A stretch of DNA of 64,000 bases from SAR324 cluster bacterium JCVI-SC AAA005 (GCA_000224765.2 AGAU01000064.1:12508-76507); one strand, 5' to 3'. Shown: positions 10,622 to 20,997, numbered from the stretch's first letter. The notes: generated by a model from the letters alone, not told the origin. Program-made: numbers and translations.

Positions 10622-10915
10622 TTAAACCAATGATTTGATCAATTTCAGTACTATTTCTCTGCTTGCTCGCCTAATAAGAAAGTGTTTAGCAAGAGATTTT
10701 GCTCCAATTGGCAATACCATATCAGACTGTGGGACTTTGAAAAATTCAGATAAGAATTTTTGGCAGGCTTTGTTCACTTCATTGCTGTGTGGCAGGGCAC
10801 ATACTTTCATTATTAGAGGATCTCCATGTATTCTTGCCTATTCTTTTACCTCAGAATTCGGATGAACTTAGACAAAAACATAAATGTCAACGTTATCAAA
10901 TTGATACCCAATCAA
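10622..10915 (-). pseudogene. DUF167/YggU family pseudogene
   Basis: One frame reads IYVFV*VHPNSEVKE*ARIHGDPLIMKVCALPHSNEVNKACQKFLSEFFKVPQSD...GAKSLAK, matching the DUF167 pattern; in-frame TAA at 10868-70 and TAG at 10838-40. Confidence 0.7.
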
Positions 10916-10916
10916 C

Positions 10917-11876
10917 TCAGTAATTTTTTTTGAGATCCATCCCTTTGTACAAACTGGACACTTCTTCTGCATAGCCATTAAAGGGTTGAGTTGGGATCTT
11001 TTGAAAAAACCAGCTCCCAATTGGGCGCTCCTTGGCCTGGGACCAGCGAGGATGATCAACCTCAGGATTTACATTAGCGTAAAAACCATACTCTTGGGGG
11101 GCTAATTCGTTCCATAAGCTCTTAGGCTGCTGATCTGTAAATTCAATTTTTTGAATTGATTTGATGCTCTTGAATCCATACTTCCATGGGACCATTAGCC
11201 GAACGGGTGCTCCATTTTGATTGGGAAGAGGTTTGCCGAAAACACCAGTTACCATCAGGGTTAGTTCGTGCAAGGCCTCATCCATCCTAAGGCCCTCTGT
11301 GTAAGGCCAAGGGTATGAGCGATTTTTCATACCGGGAGCTTCTTCGGGATCATCAAACGAGATAAATTTGATGTACTTTGCCGAAGACAGCGGCTGCGCT
11401 TTTTCAATTAGTTTTCTCAAGGGGAATCCATCCCATGGGACGATCATAGACCAAGCTTCAACACAACGAAATCGATAAACTCGCTGTTCAATTCCAAACT
11501 CATTGATCAGTTCATTAACGTCAAGTGTTGATGGTTTCTGCACCATTCCTGAAATTTCAATGCTCCATGGTTCGGTCTTCCAGTGTTTGGCTTTGTCCTT
11601 TACATCTTCCTTATCAAGGCTGAATTCGTAAAAATTGTTATATCCAGTCACATACTTCTCTTCAGTGATTTTTTCAGCTTCGATCAAATTGTACTTTGGG
11701 TTTCTTTGAGATGGGAACCCTGCTGTTGCAGCAGATAACTGATGGTTACAAAGTAGCAGGGTTGTGCCCATCAACCCCGCACCTTTTAGGAAAGTTCTTC
11801 GATTCCAAAAATCAGCCTCATCTACAGCAAGGGATTCTGGAATTTCCCAAGATTTATTTGAGCGTATCTGAGTCAT
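10917..11876 (-). CDS. msrP: Periplasmic protein-methionine-sulfoxide reductase catalytic subunit
   Basis: Tat motif NRRTFLK; YNNFYEF, FRCVEAWSM, PWKYGFKSIKSI and HPRWSQA; ATG at 11876 preferred. Confidence 0.95.
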   Translation of the reverse strand: MTQIRSNKSWEIPESLAVDEADFWNRRTFLKGAGLMGTTLLLCNHQLSAATAGFPSQRNPKYNLIEAEKITEEKYVTGYNNFYEFSLDKEDVKDKAKHWKTEPWSIEISGMVQKPSTLDVNELINEFGIEQRVYRFRCVEAWSMIVPWDGFPLRKLIEKAQPLSSAKYIKFISFDDPEEAPGMKNRSYPWPYTEGLRMDEALHELTLMVTGVFGKPLPNQNGAPVRLMVPWKYGFKSIKSIQKIEFTDQQPKSLWNELAPQEYGFYANVNPEVDHPRWSQAKERPIGSWFFQKIPTQPFNGYAEEVSSLYKGMDLKKNY

Positions 11877-12284
11877 TTTTCGTTCCAAAAAAAGTGAATT
11901 GTAATTAGAGTCTACCACTTGAATAGGGCTAAAATACTTAAAATTATGGCATAGAGTAGGCATCAATTCAGTCAAAAAATTTATTTCACATGCTGTAGTC
12001 CGGGCGAACTTCTCAAATCTTTAGAACGCTCAGCGTTAATGGAATACCATTTAAGGTAAAAAAAGTTTTGAAATCAATCATTTGATTTTTAATACGAAGC
12101 TTAAATGCTGTGATGCTATAGACTTTTCAGAAAGAGCATTTACTGGGAAAAGAACACCTCATATTAGTGTATTTCAGACTTTGTTTAGGACTTTCAGCAA
12201 AGAGATAGTCCTGATAGCTTGCTTCGAGGTCAAAAAATCCTTGTCTGTTCGTAGTAGAATTCTAAATTTTCCACTCTATATGAA

Positions 12285-12980
12285 ATGAATCATCGGAAGA
12301 TTCTCAAAGTTTGGTGGTTAGTACTAATCTGGGTAATAGCACCGATCTGGAATACCGATTTAGTGTTCGCACAAGATCCAGCTGAAACTCGGAAATGGAT
12401 CGGAGGTGGGGATGCATTTGGTTCTTATGGCCAAAGCGATGTTGATAAATCAGAAGATTTAGAGGGCATTACACTAGAAATCATGCTTTCACATCGAATC
12501 TTTGATGATTCAATGGCGCTTGGTAAAGCATTTATGGACACCAGATTCGAGCATGGATTTGAGGATAGTTTTGGAAATTATCATCATATTAATGCAAGAG
12601 TCCTTCACGGTTATTACTCGTTTGGATTTGGAAAATCCTTTGAGGTGCACAACAAGTTTCAGGTGGGAGCGACAGCAGATTTAGTTGGAGGACTTGGTCT
12701 GGCGATATTCGACAAATACTACAAGACGGCATCTGGCCAGGAGATCAACTTCGATCCAAAGTTTGGTGGAGATGTTCTAGTTGGATATCAGTGGGCGATT
12801 TTTTTGGATTTCAATAACTATTGGACAGTAGGTATGAAATCCTCTGTTTACCGTAACAGACTATATGTTGAATTTGGTGGAGTGGATGCACATGTTAATC
12901 ACATTCATTCAAACATGCTATTTGTCGGAATTAAAAAAGGATACGTGGACTGTGTTCCGACAGCATATGTTCAATGCTAA
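12285..12980 (+). CDS. Secreted hypothetical protein, probable outer-membrane beta-barrel (paralog 1)
   Basis: Signal peptide; alternating aromatic/hydrophobic strands; full-length similarity to 13076..13759. Confidence 0.7.
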   Translation: MNHRKILKVWWLVLIWVIAPIWNTDLVFAQDPAETRKWIGGGDAFGSYGQSDVDKSEDLEGITLEIMLSHRIFDDSMALGKAFMDTRFEHGFEDSFGNYHHINARVLHGYYSFGFGKSFEVHNKFQVGATADLVGGLGLAIFDKYYKTASGQEINFDPKFGGDVLVGYQWAIFLDFNNYWTVGMKSSVYRNRLYVEFGGVDAHVNHIHSNMLFVGIKKGYVDCVPTAYVQC

Positions 12981-13075
12981 TATTGTTTTAGAATTTGTTA
13001 CCAGGCCAAAGTAAAAGGCATCTTATTTTATTTGTGTCATTATTTTTACCTAAACATCTTTTTTTTTGACTAAAG

Positions 13076-13759
13076 ATGCCTGCTAAGTATTTTGCCGCCT
13101 GGATGATACCTATAATTCTCAATCTTATATTATTCCAACAAGGGTTTGCACAAGAGCTGGCCGAAACCCGGCGCTGGATTGGTTTTGGAAACTCTTACGG
13201 GGATTACGGTGAGAAGGACTTAGATGGTACTTATTCTGTAAAGGGCTTAGCAAATGAGATTATGATGGCTCACAAAATTTTTGATGATGGAACGGCTTTC
13301 GGTCAAGCCCTATTGGATACTCGCTTTGAGAAAAGTTTTGAGGATAAAGATGGAAATTATCATCATGTAAATACGCGAGTTTTCCACAGCTATTTTTCAT
13401 ATGGCTACGGTAGATCATATGAAATGACCAACAAATTGCACCTCGGAGGTACGGTGGATTTGATTGGAGGATTAGGCTTAATCGTTTTTAAGAAAGACTA
13501 TATTCTTGCATCTGGACAAAATCTTAAATTTAGTGAGAAGTTTGGTTTTGATATATTGACTGGTTATCAAATGTCAATTTTTATGGATTTGAACAATTAT
13601 TGGGTAATCGGTTGGAAAACAGCTTATTATCAGAATAGACTCTATTTAGAATTTGGAGATACAGTTGGTAATTTGAATCACATGCATTCCAATATGATGT
13701 TTATCGGAACAAAATTGGGCCTTACCGACTGTGTCCCGACTGCGTATGTGCAATGCTAA
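13076..13759 (+). CDS. Secreted hypothetical protein, probable outer-membrane beta-barrel (paralog 2)
   Basis: Signal peptide; shared AETR.WIG, DTRFE and DCVPTAYVQC motifs. Confidence 0.7.
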   Translation: MPAKYFAAWMIPIILNLILFQQGFAQELAETRRWIGFGNSYGDYGEKDLDGTYSVKGLANEIMMAHKIFDDGTAFGQALLDTRFEKSFEDKDGNYHHVNTRVFHSYFSYGYGRSYEMTNKLHLGGTVDLIGGLGLIVFKKDYILASGQNLKFSEKFGFDILTGYQMSIFMDLNNYWVIGWKTAYYQNRLYLEFGDTVGNLNHMHSNMMFIGTKLGLTDCVPTAYVQC

Positions 13760-13842
13760 AAAATAGATGTTTGGTTTCCGAACAACTTATTAGGAAATAT
13801 GATTTTGCAGACTCTAAATAATTTAAATCTCGAACTTTCAAA

Positions 13843-13870
13843 AAATCTGAATTTTTTCAGATTTCTTCTT
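13843..13870. terminator. AT-rich hairpin, possible terminator
   Basis: aaatctgaa...ttcagattt inverted repeat downstream of the paralog pair. Confidence 0.3.
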
Positions 13871-14514
13871 CTTGTCACCTCACCAGTTATTTGAGATTCT
13901 CCTGAGAAACGAATCGATTAGACTCTAACTTCCTAGGGTTTTTTTATTTCCAAAATTTTAACGAAAATTTAAGGAATTTCCGCAAGCTTAGTAACCACCT
14001 TTTCCTATCCTGCTATCCCTATCGGTGCTCTGTCGGATGGTAATCTCAAAGAATTTAGACTTGTGGGTACTTTGTCAAAAGTATTCAAAAATGTTGAAAC
14101 TTCTTTGAGGTGTCCCACGAGTGTATATAGATCGAAATTCAACTGATGATCGCTTGCCAAAAAAACCTAGAAAAAGTTTGGTCAGTCATTCGGAGTTGAT
14201 CTCTGCCTGCTTTCTTATGATCTTAGGGTTTGGGGCGGACTGGTTGAATCAATAAACTTTCTGAATATTCCTCAAGAATTATTCCATGATCTTCTAGTTG
14301 TTACCAAGCTATGGTATTGTACGCTGTAGGAGTACCAAATCTTCAGCCTAATGGCTTATCCAAATAGCTTTTCCTGTGGTGTCATTTGCGCCTCACTCTC
14401 ATTCCATTTTAATTGATAAAATAATATCATATCTATGAAAGTTAAAAAAATAGATTGTTAGAAGATACTTTGCAAAGCGTTTTATTGGGCTACTTAATCA
14501 GGGAAAAATTAAAA

Positions 14515-15516
14515 TCAACCCCAGTGGCTGACCATTTTGCAAGCTAGGTCAAAGGCCGCTCGGGTTGCGCCAAGATTGGCTTTTCCCTGACCTGCGATGT
14601 CAAAAGCTGTACCATGAGCTGGTGTGGTGACTGGAAAAGGAATTCCACCCTGTACTGTTACGCCACGGCTGAAGCCCAATAGTTTTAATGCGATTTGCCC
14701 CTGGTCATGATACATCGTTACCACTGCATCGATTTCCTTGGTGATGGCCTTCAAAAATACTGTGTCAGATGGCCACGGACCATCAACAGGAACCCCTTCT
14801 GATTGGAGAGATTGGACTGCTGGTGCAATTACATCGATTTCCTCAAGCCCAAAATTACCACCGTCACCTGCATGAGGATTTAAAGCAGCTACAGAGATTT
14901 TCGGGGAGGTTATGCCTGAATTATAGAGCACTCCGTGAATCAACCGGACAGCATCACCAATGCTTTGTTCGTTGATTCGATCAGCAACGTCTCTTAATGC
15001 GATGTGGCTTGTGACTCGACTGGTCCACATTCCATCAAAAGTATTTAATTCGCTGATATAGTTGTCAACTTTGAGACGAGTGGCCATATAATGGAGCTCA
15101 TCATCGTGTCCTAATCCAGCAAAATGCATTGCTTGCTTGTTGAAAGGTGCAAAGACCACTGCATCAACGATCCCATCATTTGCAAAATCCAAAGCGAGAT
15201 TTAATGTGTTTAGGACTGAAGCCCCCGAACATTTTGTTGCTTCTGCGATCTTTACCTCGTCACTAGATATAGTCTGAGTGAGATGGAGAGCAAAACTGCC
15301 TGACTCTGCTGATAACCATTCACCTTTTAAAGGGTCAACTTTCTTAAAGTTATTGTGCATCCCCGCTTGGTGTTGACCCATCTCCAGCACATGGTTATCA
15401 CCGATCACCAAAACATCTGCTTCCTGGGAGAGCTTTGGCTCTGCAAGTAATTTCGATAGGAGTTCTGGTCCGATTCCGCTCGGATCTCCCGGAATCAGAG
15501 CAATCCGTGGTTTCAT
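14515..15516 (-). CDS. PdxA-family decarboxylating dehydrogenase (catabolic subgroup)
   Basis: GDPSGIGPE, NPHAGDGG, MYHDQG and HGTAFDIAG; last gene of the tct unit. Confidence 0.88.
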   Translation of the reverse strand: MKPRIALIPGDPSGIGPELLSKLLAEPKLSQEADVLVIGDNHVLEMGQHQAGMHNNFKKVDPLKGEWLSAESGSFALHLTQTISSDEVKIAEATKCSGASVLNTLNLALDFANDGIVDAVVFAPFNKQAMHFAGLGHDDELHYMATRLKVDNYISELNTFDGMWTSRVTSHIALRDVADRINEQSIGDAVRLIHGVLYNSGITSPKISVAALNPHAGDGGNFGLEEIDVIAPAVQSLQSEGVPVDGPWPSDTVFLKAITKEIDAVVTMYHDQGQIALKLLGFSRGVTVQGGIPFPVTTPAHGTAFDIAGQGKANLGATRAAFDLACKMVSHWG

Positions 15517-15528
15517 AAGTTCTGCTCT

Positions 15529-16230
15529 TTAGGAGTTGAAAAAATTCTCTTCCTGATCTTCAGAAATATTCTTGATCGTTGTATCAACATGAGTGCGCAG
15601 TACTATAGATATGTTTTTACTGTCTCTTTTTCAAAGTGAATCAGCAATTTGATTATGTTGGTCAAGGGTCATAGTCCGCCTTTTTATCCTACGAGAGGAC
15701 AAAAAACGAGCTCTCCAAAGCCGAGCATTATATTGCCGATGTGTTTCAATCAGAGCTTGGTTTCTACTGGAAGCTATTAATTTCCGATGAAATTCCATGT
15801 CAATCTTGAAAAAATCTCGTGGATCAATTTTGTCTGATTTCGCTGACATTGCTTCAGCGAGGCTGGATATGGAATCAATCTCCTCGGGATTGGCTCGGTC
15901 ACAAGCCAGTTCTCCAGCAAGAGACTCCAAAGCTCCGATTACTTTAATTGAATCGGCCAACTCTATAAGAGATGGATTTGCTATGAAGGGTCTGCGAGTC
16001 AAGCTGTATTCTACTAAGCCTTCATACTCCAAAATCTTCAATGCCTCACGAAGTGGGGTTCTACTTATCCCAAGGATAGATGCGAGATCTCGTTCTGGCA
16101 AGGGAGTACCAGGTTTAAGCTTTTCGAGCAGAATCAACTCTCTAAGAGTTTCAGCTGCTTCTTCTGCGAGTGACTTTCTAGGACTGAGCAAAGGCCGCCC
16201 AGCTTTCTTCAATTCGTCGAGTGATTCCAT
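15529..16230 (-). pseudogene. GntR/FCD regulator with an internal nonsense codon
   Basis: wHTH ISRTPLREAL; the FCD domain continues in frame past TGA at 15631-33 (QHNQIADSL*KRDSKNISIVLRTHV...) to TAA at 15529. Confidence 0.75.
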
Positions 16231-16361
16231 CTACTCTTATAACTTTTGAATTAGACTATCTTAAATCTAAAAATTAAAGGAATACACTTGATAAGCAATT
16301 TTTTCAGATACTTAAATGCTAAGCATTCAATATAATAAACATATTGGCAAAATGCAGACTC

Positions 16362-17855
16362 TCATGATTTAAATTTTTTTATTTTTTTTAGTAAAGCCGG
16401 TCCAGCCAGAGCCAGAACCGTCAAAACGAGGAAAAACAAAGAAAGTGGTCTTGTAGCAATCAACCACCATTGTTCGTCCAACATCACCATGCTCTGCCCA
16501 AGCCTCTTTTCGAGCATCCCCCCCAGAATCAGTCCGATTGCTAGAGAAACCACTGAAAATCCATACCTTCGCATCAGGTATCCGATCACACCAAAAATCA
16601 GAGCAATCCAGACATCAATCATGGACTGGTCCAGGGCATAGGCTCCAACGATGGAAAAAAGGAAAACCATGGGCCAAAGAATGGTCAATGGAATTAAAGT
16701 GGCACGAGCGAAGATTCGTGCTCCGTACAAGCCGATGAAGAAAAATAATACATTGACAAGCAGCATGGACCAGAAAATAGCAAAGACGAATGTTGACTGC
16801 TCTGTAAACATAGTTGGTCCAGGACGAAGCCCGTGGACCATCAGTCCTGCCAGAATTACCGCTGCAGTAGGACTTCCGGGGATCCCAAGCGCCAATGTGG
16901 GAACCATTGCGCCCCCAGTAGCTGAATTATTGGCGGCCTCGCTACCAGCAATACCCTCAATGGAACCCTTTCCAAATTCCTCTGGGGTTTCCGACCATCG
17001 CTTTGCTTCATTGTAACCTATCATCGAAGCGATGGTCGCTCCTTCGGCGGGTAAAATTCCGATAAAAGTGCCAATTCCCGAGGAACGTAAAATCGTCTTC
17101 CAAGTTTTCTTGTAGTCCGCCTTGCTTGGTAGTTGAATCGCACGAAGGGTTATTCTCTCGCGGACGATTCCCAGTTGACCAGCCTGAGCCAACAGTTCTG
17201 CAATTCCAAACACCCCAATCATGACTGGTACAAAGCCAATTCCCTCTGTTAATTCGTTCATTCCAAATGTAAAACGCTCAACTGTGGTAAGCAGATCAAT
17301 TCCTACTGTTGCCAACAAAACTCCGAAGGCTCCTGACATTATGCTCTTTATAGAAGACGCTTCACCAATAGAAGCAAGCATAGAAAGACCAAAGACAGTC
17401 AGAGCAAAATATTCGGGAGGGGCAAACTTATAAGCTGCACCAGCCAGCAAAGGAGCTGCTGCCATCAAACAAAGGACGCTAATGATTCCACCAATTGTCG
17501 AGGAAACTGCTGCCATCCCGAGTGCTCTTCCCGCTTCACCGCGTTGAGCAAGGGGATAGCCATCAAGGCACGTGGTAGCACTCGCTGATGTCCCTGGGGT
17601 GTTTATCAAAATTGCGGTCACCGCTCCAGCAAAGGTTGCAGCACAATAAATGCTTGTAAGCACCGCAATCGCTGCAATTGGTTCCATCGTAATGGTAAAA
17701 GGGAGCAACAAAGCAACCCCATTAGTGGCATTCAGACCTGGGAGTGCTCCGACAAGAATGCCACCCAGAGTTGCCAGCAAAATCAAAAACAGCAACATCG
17801 GGTCAGCTAAGGCCCATAGACCAGAGAAGATGGCTTCCAATATTATCCGTACCAA
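16362..17855 (-). CDS. tctA: Tripartite tricarboxylate transporter large subunit
   Basis: GALPGL, ILINTPGT, DGYPLA, EAANNS and LGIPGS. Confidence 0.93.
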   Translation of the reverse strand: MVRIILEAIFSGLWALADPMLLFLILLATLGGILVGALPGLNATNGVALLLPFTITMEPIAAIAVLTSIYCAATFAGAVTAILINTPGTSASATTCLDGYPLAQRGEAGRALGMAAVSSTIGGIISVLCLMAAAPLLAGAAYKFAPPEYFALTVFGLSMLASIGEASSIKSIMSGAFGVLLATVGIDLLTTVERFTFGMNELTEGIGFVPVMIGVFGIAELLAQAGQLGIVRERITLRAIQLPSKADYKKTWKTILRSSGIGTFIGILPAEGATIASMIGYNEAKRWSETPEEFGKGSIEGIAGSEAANNSATGGAMVPTLALGIPGSPTAAVILAGLMVHGLRPGPTMFTEQSTFVFAIFWSMLLVNVLFFFIGLYGARIFARATLIPLTILWPMVFLFSIVGAYALDQSMIDVWIALIFGVIGYLMRRYGFSVVSLAIGLILGGMLEKRLGQSMVMLDEQWWLIATRPLSLFFLVLTVLALAGPALLKKIKKFKS

Positions 17856-18325
17856 AGATTTGTCAACAAACCGCGTGGGAAGCGGACCTCAAAGACCAGA
17901 TCGAAGAGAAAGAAAACAAATGTTGGAAGAAGCAGGGTAACCAAGCATAAAGCCCCCAATCTGCGCTCACCCCAACTGAAGGAGAGCAACCCACCAAAGC
18001 ATCCAAGAGCAATAAAGAAATCTAGATGGGTCAAAAGAACAAAAATGATCATTAAGGTTAAGGAAATGAAAACTGAAGGAGGAATAGCTGCCCGGTTCTG
18101 TTGAATATTCTCAAAGGGAAGCAGGCATGCAAGTCCTGTCAGCAAAAGAAGAATTAACTGTGGAAAATCAGATGGTTGAATCCCTCGCTTGAGGATCTCC
18201 GGGACTTGATCAAATTGAGTAGTGAAATAAAAAGCAACTAGACAAAACAAGATGATCAATCCGGGGATCAACCATCGACTGGTATTGAGTGAGCCAGTGT
18301 CTGAACCGTTGGATTGAACAGTCAT
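17843..18325 (-). CDS. tctB: Tripartite tricarboxylate transporter small subunit
   Basis: Several TM helices; P..FP and C-terminal F.V.FPRG; lies between tctC and tctA. Confidence 0.85.
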   Translation of the reverse strand: MTVQSNGSDTGSLNTSRWLIPGLIILFCLVAFYFTTQFDQVPEILKRGIQPSDFPQLILLLLTGLACLLPFENIQQNRAAIPPSVFISLTLMIIFVLLTHLDFFIALGCFGGLLSFSWGERRLGALCLVTLLLPTFVFFLFDLVFEVRFPRGLLTNLWYG

Positions 18326-18382
18326 CGTAGAGAGCCAACGAGGGAGGATGTACCCCAAAGAAATGGGGTACAAAGAAAGAAA

Positions 18383-19333
18383 TTATTGAATAAAACCCAA
18401 TTCGGTAAGGGCATCTTTCATATCGGTAACCATCGTCTGTAATTGGTTACCCCATACACCAGATCCGGCTACTGATGTGGCGTCCAAGCCCACAGAGGCT
18501 AAGAAGCCTTGATATACACCGTGCTTCATGGCTTTGACAAGGGAATCTTCAATCTTCTTAGCAACATCATCTGGGACATCATTGTGGACGACAAACCCCC
18601 TGACAGTTGAAAAGCTAACAGGGATGCCCAACTCTTTTGCAGTCGAGACATCTGAGATAGCAGACATTCTCTCGTCGGCAAGAACAACGATCGGGCAGAT
18701 ATCTCCTGCTTCGATTTGGGCTCCAGCTTCTGCAAGATTTAAAACACCAACATCGACTGCACCTGCCACCAATTGGGTAGCCAATTCACCACCACCATCA
18801 AAGGGTACGATTTTTGGGGTAGCTAAGTTCCCACGCTTTGTAAACATGAATGCGGAAACGTCATCAATATTGCCAAGGTGTGTAGTGCCATAGGTCAACG
18901 GTGAATCCTTTTGGGCATTTACGAAACTCTGAGCATCGTTATAGACCCCACAGCGCACCATCAATATTTGGGGGTCATCTGTTCCTCTGGCGATTGGGCG
19001 GACATCATCCAGTGTCATCTTGGTTTTGTTTTTTGCCAGTTCAGCTGCGTGTCCAATAGTGAAGGTTAAAATGGAATAGCCATCAGCTGGCTGTTTTAAA
19101 TAGTAATCCATGGCCACAGAGCCGCCACCGCCCCGCTTGTTAACAACTACCATGTCTTGGCCCAACACTCTTCGTGCGCGAAGCATCATCATCCGAGCTG
19201 TAACGTCAGTCCCCCCACCCGCTCCCGCATGGGTGATTACCTCCACGGTTTTGTTTGGATAGTCAACAGCACTCACTAGTGTGCCCCCGAGCAGCATCAT
19301 TGCTGCCAACGCTGACGTGAATAGTTTCTTCAT
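18383..19333 (-). CDS. tctC: Tripartite tricarboxylate transporter substrate-binding protein
   Basis: GGAGG RBS; signal peptide; YP, AGGGTDVTAR, VVNKRGGGG and VPFDGGG. Confidence 0.92.
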   Translation of the reverse strand: MKKLFTSALAAMMLLGGTLVSAVDYPNKTVEVITHAGAGGGTDVTARMMMLRARRVLGQDMVVVNKRGGGGSVAMDYYLKQPADGYSILTFTIGHAAELAKNKTKMTLDDVRPIARGTDDPQILMVRCGVYNDAQSFVNAQKDSPLTYGTTHLGNIDDVSAFMFTKRGNLATPKIVPFDGGGELATQLVAGAVDVGVLNLAEAGAQIEAGDICPIVVLADERMSAISDVSTAKELGIPVSFSTVRGFVVHNDVPDDVAKKIEDSLVKAMKHGVYQGFLASVGLDATSVAGSGVWGNQLQTMVTDMKDALTELGFIQ

Positions 19334-19371
19334 GGTTCCTCCTTTGAGAATGGCTAAGAGCGGCGAAAGGT

Positions 19372-19387
19372 ATTTGGTATTCCAAAT
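19372..19387. promoter_or_regulatory. Candidate GntR/FadR-family operator
   Basis: Near-palindrome ATTTGGTATTCCAAAT about 40 bp upstream of the tctC start, in the divergent intergenic region. Confidence 0.4.
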
Positions 19388-19562
19388 TTTGTCTAGCAAA
19401 AAATGTTTATCAAAAATTTAAACCAAAGACCAAGTTTTGAGTGTGTTTTAAAAATCTATCCTAAGATGAGTGTTGACTAACTCTTTTAAATCAATTAATA
19501 CGCACCTCGACATAAGTCGAAATTGGTTAAATCATTGACGGTTTTCTTAATTCTAATTTGGA

Positions 19563-20936
19563 GTGAAAATGAGTTCTTTTCTTAACAAGACCCTTTTCAA
19601 ATTTTTCAGAGTTGGGGCCATTGGGAGCTTTGCTGTGATTGCTAGTGCGTCACTAGCATTGGCTGATTTTGATTGGAAAAGATTTTCTGGGCAATCTATC
19701 ACAGTAATGATGCCTGAACATCCTGTAACCGATGGGGTACGAGCTGTATTAGACAATTTTGAATCTGACACGGGCATTGACGTTAAATTGCAGACGATGG
19801 CGGAGGATCTCTATTTTGACCGGATGGAGGTAGCCTTACGCGGTTCAGGAGATAATTCCCAGATGGATGTCTACTTCTTACCAATGGATTCAACAGCTTA
19901 CACCCAGCACACAAATGGACTTGTTCACTCGCTTCAGGGTTACCTTGATAGCAAAGATCACACGGCACCTGATTATGCTTTGGAAGATATACCAGAGGGG
20001 TTTTTGGATGCTACAAAGTACATGGTCGATGGCAAATGGCAGTACCATGGGATTCCAGCCTCCTTTGAGACATATATCCTGTTCGCCAATTTGGATTATG
20101 TGAATCAGTATCTTGATGGGAAGATGCCGGAATCCATGCCTGAATTGCTGGCTGCATCCCGTAAAGTCAAGGAAGCCAGTGGGGGAACTGTTTCTGGAGC
20201 TGTGATGCGAGGGATTCGCTCTGACACTTTGATTGATACAATTACAGGAATAGTCAACAATTCTGTTGGATCAGCTGATCGTTCTGCACCTTATAACGTT
20301 TGGTTTACTGGAGACTGGTCAAAGCCAATGATGAATGATCCAGACATCGTACGAGGCTTAACGAATTATGCTGAATTGATGAAAGCAGGGCCAATCAACA
20401 TTCAATCCATGGATTGGCCAGATGCGTCCCAACATTTCATGGCAGGAGGAGCTGCGTTCTTCATTGATGCAAGCTTATTTGCGCCTGGATTTGAGAATCC
20501 AGAGGATAGCCCGATTGCAGGAAAAATTGGTTACTCAGTGATACCTATTGATAATGAAGAGGGGAAACCTTACACGGCTCATTGGCAGTGGGGTTTTGGA
20601 ATTCCCAAAAATGCCAGCAATGCAGATGCTGGATGGTATTTCATTCAATATATGACCAATAGTCAAAACGCCTCAGCGATCGGCAAGCTTCATGGTGGAG
20701 CACCTCGTTTGTCAACTTGGAAAGATTCTAATTATGCAGCAAGCTTCCCAAAAAGTTACGTAGAAGCGGTATTTGCTGCAATGCCGAATTCACAAACTTC
20801 AGTGGTTCAAAGAGCTGGTTGGAGTGAATTCGCTTTGCGAATTGTTGATGTAATTCAAGCTATTTACGGTGGTGAAAGTCCTGCTTCAGCTGGAGCTGCT
20901 GCGCAGGCGGACTTCGTAAAAATGGCTTCAAAATAA
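19563..20936 (+). CDS. CUT1 sugar/polyol ABC substrate-binding protein
   Basis: Signal peptide; FESDTGIDV and WGFGIP...AGWYFIQY; precedes permeases. Confidence 0.88.
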   Translation: MKMSSFLNKTLFKFFRVGAIGSFAVIASASLALADFDWKRFSGQSITVMMPEHPVTDGVRAVLDNFESDTGIDVKLQTMAEDLYFDRMEVALRGSGDNSQMDVYFLPMDSTAYTQHTNGLVHSLQGYLDSKDHTAPDYALEDIPEGFLDATKYMVDGKWQYHGIPASFETYILFANLDYVNQYLDGKMPESMPELLAASRKVKEASGGTVSGAVMRGIRSDTLIDTITGIVNNSVGSADRSAPYNVWFTGDWSKPMMNDPDIVRGLTNYAELMKAGPINIQSMDWPDASQHFMAGGAAFFIDASLFAPGFENPEDSPIAGKIGYSVIPIDNEEGKPYTAHWQWGFGIPKNASNADAGWYFIQYMTNSQNASAIGKLHGGAPRLSTWKDSNYAASFPKSYVEAVFAAMPNSQTSVVQRAGWSEFALRIVDVIQAIYGGESPASAGAAAQADFVKMASK

Positions 20937-20945
20937 TTTATTTTT

Positions 20946-20970
20946 GCCTGGTAGTTGTCTGCTGCCAGGC
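20946..20970. terminator. Intercistronic hairpin after the SBP gene
   Basis: gcctggtag...ctgccaggc stem flanked by T and A runs. Confidence 0.55.
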
Positions 20971-20997
20971 TAAAAAAATCCCCCTGTAAAGCTCAAG

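Noticed and set aside
13760-14514. 750-bp gap between convergent genes as an ncRNA or gene
   Set aside because: No convincing ORF, repeat or extended structure beyond one AT-rich hairpin
15631-15633. TGA recoding (selenocysteine or an alternative code) here and in the GFA gene
   Set aside because: Many intact genes end in TGA, the positions are not Cys-equivalent, and the GFA gene also has a frameshift
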